Assembly: GCF_009914755.1 (NCBI RefSeq)
Contig: NC_060947.1
Direction: 5' to 3' (one strand)
DNA: 64,000 bases
Source: the human T2T-CHM13v2.0 reference genome, Homo sapiens
Part shown: positions 55,661 through 64,000 of the stretch, piece after piece
How the letters are laid out: every line of letters starts with the position of its first letter
How positions within the stretch are numbered: position 1 is the first letter of the stretch
Program-made: the position numbers and the translations under genes
The notes under the pieces: model-generated
Database searches by the model: none
Told to the model about the DNA's origin: nothing
Seen by the model: only the letters and a program-made list of their open reading frames with translations

Positions 55661-57865
55661 GTGCAGAACCCTAGGGTTAGCAACAGTTGAAAGTTATTCT
55701 TTAACAAGAAGGTAGATGGAGAAAGAGGCTGACAAATATACACAGGACACATTATCTTGTGTACCAAATTACTGGGCCCACTTCTGAAGTGGATGACCTC
55801 TGGTGTGCATTTATGGGGAAGTAAATATCTCCAAACTTTCCATTCTGAGAACCCCATTCATATCCTTCTCCCTTGTTCTCTTTGACATAAATTTTTCAGT
55901 TTTATTCTGAGTCTCTGAACAGTCAGCCAACTTCTTAGTCAATCAGAATTACTGTAGATTCTGACTTATCTTAGGCTGTCTCTCCTGCTAAAGTAGTGGA
56001 CAACCAGATTTATAACCTGAAGTTGTGCCCTCTGGGAGAATTACCCTTCACCAACACCTTTCAAGGTCACCTATGTGTAGGGCTATATATTAATAACTAT
56101 TGACTTCTAGCTAGTGCTAGCATGCTATGCAGATCCATCCATAAACCACGTCTGAACTTTTACCTCCTCCATTATCTGGTCAAAGGAAACGCCCTATAAG
56201 GCCATAAATGTAGATAAAAGGCAATATGGCAAAGCAATAGGACCAGGTACCATGGGAGTATAAACCAGCAACTTGAGCATTTTATTTATGCCTTTTCTGG
56301 ATTTGCTTGGGTCCAGTCTTGTATACACCATTTCTATTTTACATAGAATGCTGCTGTGCAATACAGATTTATGATAATATAGGTAAGAAAATACCTAGTT
56401 CATGAAAACCTTGGACAGGCTTTCAGTTTTCTACCAGGGCCTAGTAGCAAGCCAAGTATTACTTTTCAAATGAAGAATTGTTGGTAGAAGTTTTTCTCAT
56501 TGGGGTCTGCTTGGGGGCCCCATCAGTTCTACTGTCTGCTCTTAGACACTTTTGATACTGGTCTGTTGAGAGGTAAGGCCCAGCAGCAGGACAACTAGCA
56601 CCACAGCCTGCACCTGCCATAGTATCTTATCTTGCTCCAGGGCCTACTTAATGAGTTCAACAAGCACAACCAAATGTAATCTGTGTTGACTCCAGAATCA
56701 CTGTGTGTCTTTCATTGTGATGGTCTGTGTAAGGAGAAGCAGCTTATTTCATTTAGAGGTGATAGTCCAACATGCTCCAGACCACTGGACCACTAGAAAC
56801 TTAAATGTCCTTGAATCTTCTTGGTGTTTCTCTCCCACCCTCTGGCATGCATGTATCTGGCTTACTTACTGTACTTCCTGTTCACAGGGTACAGTTACCA
56901 TAATGTCATAATTTTATTGTGTCAGAATAATATTCTATGGGAAATCAAGATGATCAAGGACTCTCCAGACTCTTATGGCAGAGACCAAGAGAGCTGACAT
57001 AGCCCAGAGTATATGCAGATATACTGCTGTCCCTGCATGTGAAGGCAAATGGCTTCTGATGATCTTTGCTGATAGGAATAGGTTAAACAATTTTGTTAGA
57101 TCACTAGCTACAAACCAGGTGCCAGAGGTTCTATTTATTTGCTCCTATAAAATTACCATGTCCAGAACAACAGCTGTGATTGAAACCATTATCTCGTTAA
57201 GTCTATGATTATCTATAGTCATTTTCCAAGATTTATCTAGCCCTTGCACTGGCCAAACTGTCAAGTCAAATGGGGATGTGATAGAAATCACCACCCTTAA
57301 ATCTTTCAAGTCTTTTATGGTGACACTTGGTCTGTAATTTCCCTAGTGATGCAGCATTGCTTCTGGTTTACTATCTTGTTGAGGTCTTGACGGCATTTCC
57401 AGGACTTCTATTTGGCCCTTCCTTCTATATTAGCCCTAACGTCCTGGGTCAGGAAGCCAGAGTGAAAATTTCTCCAATTACCGAGTGTGTCTATTCCCAC
57501 TGTATATTCTAAGACGGGAGTAATAACTACACAATGCGTCCATGGTCCCACTGGATTCTTTGTGAGCTGGATTTGGGCAAAAATGCTATCTGTCATCTGA
57601 GCTACAAAAGCCTTCCCACTTAAAATTCACTTTCATACACACTCCCTAGACTACTGATGATACCATTTGGTGAGATCCTAAAACTCTTTCTAATTAAGTT
57701 TCTCCTCTTGAACTAGGCTACTTTTTCATCTGGGATATGTTAAATCTTATTCTGTGAGGTTACCATCTCAGGTGCGATCATTGAAAAGCTTTTACGCAGA
57801 TGAAGGTTAGCTACAATCTATGTGCCAGAAAAAGGTTTTATTTATTTGGTCCTATAAAGATACAA

Positions 57866-58160
<295 letters not shown>

Positions 58161-59361
58161 AGATACCAGAACCACAGATGTGATTAGAATCATCATCTGA
58201 TTAGAGGAGAGTCTGGAGGGTCTGCTTCTCCAATGAGGTATGTTCAAGGGAGTTGGGGCTTCAAAGTTCTCAGTTTTGTCTGTGTCTGTTCAAATGTACC
58301 TGCTCTCTCGGGATCTCATTCAGTAGTTTGTAAGCTTGGTCCTCAACTATATGTGCTCTGTAACTTCAGGAGATGCCAACTATTTAAGCTGCTTTCAAGG
58401 CTTTCTTATTTTCCACCTGTGCCCTGAGTCGAAAATCACACTTTCAAGGTATTACCTCCTCCATCATACTCTTTATAGGGCAAGTATAAATATAAGCTGA
58501 TCCCACCACTTTTATAATAACTGTCACTGCATGCTGACCAAACTCCACAGCCAGCCAAACTTTGCCCTCCACCTGCACCATATGATAATTTGAGTTATTG
58601 TGATGCCACTCAATCCACATGGATTACCAGTGTCCCATTTTCTCTTGGAAAGGAAGTTATCTATGCACTCCTTAAATATGTGATCCATCATATCCTAGCA
58701 TTTCATTTTAGGGTTTTGTGTCTTGGGGCTCATTCTGGTATCAATTACTGTATTATTCAGGGTACCAGCATGAACATTCAACTAGGTAATTGAGGCGAGT
58801 TAATAAAGAGGCGATTTACAAAGGTGTGGGCAGGATTCAGTGGAGAGATGGTGCAATACATCAAAGCTAGCAATAGTATGAAGGAACAAATGAAGGGAAG
58901 AGTTGCCAGAACCAGGTGAGAGTAGCTGTATGGAAAAGACTACCAGACAGAACCTATGGCCTTTGATAGAGGGATATATGGGCAACACAGCCCAGCATGG
59001 GAGGAGTAAATACACTGTTATCCATCTCCTACATTTCAATTTCCTGTTAATGCTCACATTGACCTTAAGCCAGAAGATGAGAGAGAGGGTTCAGCATCTG
59101 AGGTCACAGAACAGAGGACAGATGGCGAGTAGATCAGAGGGTCACATGAACATATCCAAAACAAGTCTAAATCCAGTGCTTCTCATCACTATATACTAAG
59201 ATGCCAGCCTGACTCTATTGTTTGTAATATGTATACAGAAATAGAAAATGTAGAATTGTACTATTTTATCACTCCAGGATTTCATTATTAATTCAAGATT
59301 AGGGAACCCAATTCTATGGTGGCATCCACTGACCAATCTACAGATGCAAGTCACTACAGGG

Positions 59362-59737
<376 letters not shown>

Positions 59738-59849
59738 CTAAAAATATTTAAGAAAATTATGATAAAACAAGTGCAACACAGCCATCTATTAATTTTATGA
59801 TTGTTCATCATTTAGTCAATAAATGCTTAGTGAATTGACTATTGCCAAC

Positions 59850-60241
59850 TGTATTAGTCCATTTCCATACTGCTATAAAGAACTGCCTGAGATTGTGTAA
59901 TTCATAAAGCAGAGAAGCTTAATTGATTTACAATTAAGCATGGCTGGGGAGGCCTCAGAAAAACTTACAATCATGGTGAAAGGCGAAGGGGAAGCAAGGA
60001 ACCTTCTTCTCAAAGCAGCAGGAAGAAGTACCAAGCAAAGGGGGAAGAGCCCCTTATAAAACCATCAGATCTCGTGACAACTCACTCACTGTAATGAGAA
60101 CAGCATGGGGGAAACCGCACCCATGATTCAATTACTTCCACCTGGTCTCTCCCTTGACGCATGGGCATTATGGGGATTATGGGTATTACTATTCTTGATG
60201 AGATTTGGGTGGGGACGCAAAGCCTCAGCCTAACCATATCA
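59850..60241 (-). mobile_element. THE1C/D MaLR LTR
   Basis: tgtattagtccatttcc...accatatca; TSD ccaac/ccacc. Confidence 0.92.
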
Positions 60242-60389
60242 CCACCAAACAAACAAATCATCAAGTGAAACCAACAAAATTCATGAATTTTACATTCTAC
60301 CAGGAAAATCAGACAAGGTCAAAAAGGAAGACAGAAACTAGATTATACAGTAAGGAAGTTGTACTTTACTTGTGGTGTGGTATAAAGCC

Positions 60390-60950
60390 ATTGGAGAATT
60401 TAAGCAGGGTGATAATATGATCTGGTATATGTTGAGTGTTTTTAAATGATTATTTTGGCTGCTGCTTGGAGAATAGACTATGGCAAAGAAATGGTGGAAA
60501 TAGGGGATCCATTTAGGAGCTTATTTGTAGTAGCTTAGAAAACAAATGATGGTGTTTTCACCTAATATGTTAGAAGAGAATGCACTGGTGACACATTTTG
60601 GAACAAGAACTAGTATAATTTGCTGATGGATTGTATCTAAAGGGAGAGAGAAAGAACTGAGGATGACTTCTAGCATTTGTTTGCTCAACTGGATGATCAG
60701 AGATGCCAGTAACTATTACTGTTGGAGGGGAAGGTTGGGGGCCCAGGTTGGGGCATCAAGAGGCGGAGGCTGCAGTGAGCCGTGATCACGCCACTGCACT
60801 CCAGCCTGGGTGACAGGGCAAGACTCCGTCTCAAAAAAAAGTGTTCTGGACATGTTAAGTTTGAGCAGCCTAGCAGATGTCCACGTGGAGATATCTAGTG
60901 AGTAGTTGGCTATAGGAACCCGGCATTCAGAAGAGAAGTCCGGGCTGGAG

Positions 60951-60996
<46 letters not shown>

Positions 60997-61400
60997 GCAC
61001 ACACACACATATATATATATGTATGTATATATGGCAATTATGAGTACACAGACAACATCTAAAGCTATGGGACATAATGAATTATGTAAATAGTGTAAAA
61101 TACAGGGAAGTAGGGAAAAAACAGTGTAAAATAGGGAAACAGTGTAAAATACAGAAGAAGACCCGGAAGCTCAAACTTGAGAGACTGGGAAGAAGAGGCA
61201 GAGGCAGAAAGAGATTGGAAGAGGCAAAGGTGGTAGGCCAGGAAAGTTTAATGTCCTAGAAGCAGGTTCAGGAGAATGGAGCAGACAGAAATTCAACTGG
61301 AGATGATTAAAGATATTTAGGAAAAAGGAAGTGGAGACAATGAATTTGCACAACTCTTTCAGTGAGTTTTACCATGAATGGAACAGACAAATGGAGCAAT
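60390..61400 (-). mobile_element. L2 with inserted Alu 3' fragment (60760-60840) and (TA)n(CA)n repeat (60950-61032)
   Basis: ttttggctgctgcttggagaatagact; ggacatgttaagtttgag. Confidence 0.8.
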
Positions 61401-61469
61401 GAATTGTTTAACCGTCTCTTTTCCTCTCTCTCTAAATGCAATGTTGAAAGGTGATACCTTTTATAACAT

Positions 61470-61933
61470 TTAACTTTTGCTACATGACAAACCACCCCAA
61501 AACTTAATGGCTTAAAAGATACACATATTTTTGAAAGATAAATATTTGTAATGTCTTATGATGTGTCTGGCTGTTCCGGACTGGGCACGTGTGGCTGAGG
61601 TTTAGCTCAACCCAGATGGCCTCATGTATAGGTCTGGTGGTCAGCTCCGTGTCAGGTGAATCAGAGGATGACTTGGCCAGTGTCCATCATCATCCAGCAG
61701 GCTAGCCTGGGCTCATGCAATGGTGGGCATTATAGAGTTCCCAAGTGCAGCAAAAGAGGACATGTTCCAACTCACACTTTTCAAGTCTCTGTTTATGTCG
61801 CATTTGCTATTGTCCCATTAATGAAAGCAAGTCACACGGGCAACCAGAGAGTCAACTGTGGGATAGAAATCCTCAAGGGTATGCAGGGAGGGAGAGAATT
61901 ACTGCAGCGCTATTTGCAGATAATCTGCCACAA
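61470..61933 (-). mobile_element. MLT1H/J-like LTR
   Basis: acaaaccaccccaaaacttaatggcttaaaa; catccagcaggctagcctgggct. Confidence 0.75.
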
Positions 61934-63167
61934 CTATGATGGCATTTCTAACTATGTGAAACTCATCCGCTGAGTTGCTCACGTTAGAAACCTCAAAGTT
62001 ATTTTCTACTTCTCTTTTCTCTCTGAGTGTAAAATGAAACATTATTTAACTAGCTAAATAAAAACGTTTTTTGTGAGAAATAATTTTCTCTCAGTACTTC
62101 AATAATCTGTTTATATAAACTTTGACCACAGATCCATTACTGTTTTAATTAATTCAAAACTGGAGAGAAATAACATAATTGGCAGATTAAAATATGAAAT
62201 TAATTTTAAATCCCTTATAACGAAATATGACTTAGTATCCTAATAATGCATTTCATTTTATTTTGTTTTCTTCCAAACATGCAAAGAGCTAATCACCGAT
62301 AAGTGGCACTATTTAAACACTTAGAAAAATATTAAGCGTTATTCCTGTCTTGGGTGATTGTGTATATGCTTCTTATCTGACAATCGGCAGCAGGTGAATT
62401 ACATGGCTTTCCAAATGACTGCATTGCCAATCCATCCTCTCCCACCTAAATGACTGATTCCTATCATTGCTGCCTCCCAAGGGGCTCTCTTGCACTGATA
62501 TGGGTGTTGACGGTCCTAAAATGGCATTTAAAGCTTCCAACAACCATCGTTGGTGCAACCGTATAAACAACCTTTTAGAAAACACTGAATAGGGATCCTT
62601 TCCTGCTGGCAGAGATGGGATGGGATACAGGCATGGCATTGCAGAAAAGCAAATTGTTGGTTCTCACTCAAATTAACTTCATAACAAATCTGGGCCTCAG
62701 TTTATTCATCTGGAAAACAGGCGATTGCCTATAAGGTTTTCGCTCAACCTGTGGTTCTCAGAATCCATATGAGCTCTCCCTGTGCTATAGAATCAGCACT
62801 CTATTAACCAAAGAAATGGAGGAGGGAGCCCTGAACACCCCCAATCCTCATTAAAACAGGATGCAGGAGCAATCACAACCAATATCTAGTAACATATTAA
62901 GCACCCTGCAGACATAAACCCAAACTTAAAGAAATATGAGAGCAGGGCAGGTATCCACAATTTCATGTACAGCAAAAAGGCTACAACCACCTATGCCCAT
63001 AGATACATCTCACACATGCAATGGACTCAGAAGGCTTTATGAGTTTTGGGTGCCATGGGAAACCTGCTTGTTCTGGCCAACGGCTCCTCTTCACTGCTGA
63101 CCTGAGTCATGACGTTGTTCCTTATGGCCTCAACCCTGGTTGGCACCCGCATCCATCGAGCCACTCA

Positions 63168-63523
<356 letters not shown>

Positions 63524-64000
63524 TTATGTTTACCTCCCTCAGATCTCTTTTTCTCCATACTCCTCAGGGTTTCTCTTCTGTTGAGTAAGTGCTTTGTGAA
63601 TCCAGGGTCGTGTTGAAAGATCTTAGAATAGATTTGGGAGATTCGAGTCTCACAGTCTTTAGAGCTAAGTCCCAAACTTTGCTCTGAAATATCCCCGTCC
63701 CTTTATTCCTCCCTCTTTGCCTCCCAATCTTAAAAGTACATAGAGCAAAGAGCCCCCTAGATCCCCAATTGTCATGTGAAACATTTTTTCCTGACCACAC
63801 AGAACCACTAACATACAGAATCCCAGTGTCCTCATTGGTACAATAGGATAACACAAGATCTGTCTCAAGGATTAAATAAGATGACGCATAAAAATCACTT
63901 TGCATAGCATCTGCTGTTCAGGAAGTGCTCAACAAACATGAGCTATTCTTATATTGTATTTTTTTCATTTAATTTCAAACTATATATGTCTTATATATCA

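Noticed and set aside
61090-61155. Three copies of agtgtaaaata
   Set aside because: Short tandem expansion inside an L2

Overview
Primate (human-like) non-coding genomic DNA dominated by interspersed repeats: Alus (FLAM/J/S/Y, many with intact target-site duplications, TSDs), L1 fragments, L2 and MIR, MaLR LTRs (THE1/MST/MLT1), ERV1 LTRs (MER4, MER21), three decayed ERVL proviral remnants (HERV16-like and HERVL40-like) and DNA transposons (Tigger3, MER20, MER5, MER91, MER94). I found no credible protein-coding gene, RNA gene, CRISPR array or previously undescribed system; nearly all listed ORFs are repeat-derived or chance. The most notable items are a 34/35-bp inverted repeat pair 1 kb apart, a ~128-bp local copy of an L1-L1 junction, a candidate 142-bp exon with one open frame, an internally deleted L1, and several repeat-free islands with transcription-factor motif clusters. 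Family names come from my recall of consensus sequences, not a database search. Boundaries without a TSD or terminal repeat are approximate.
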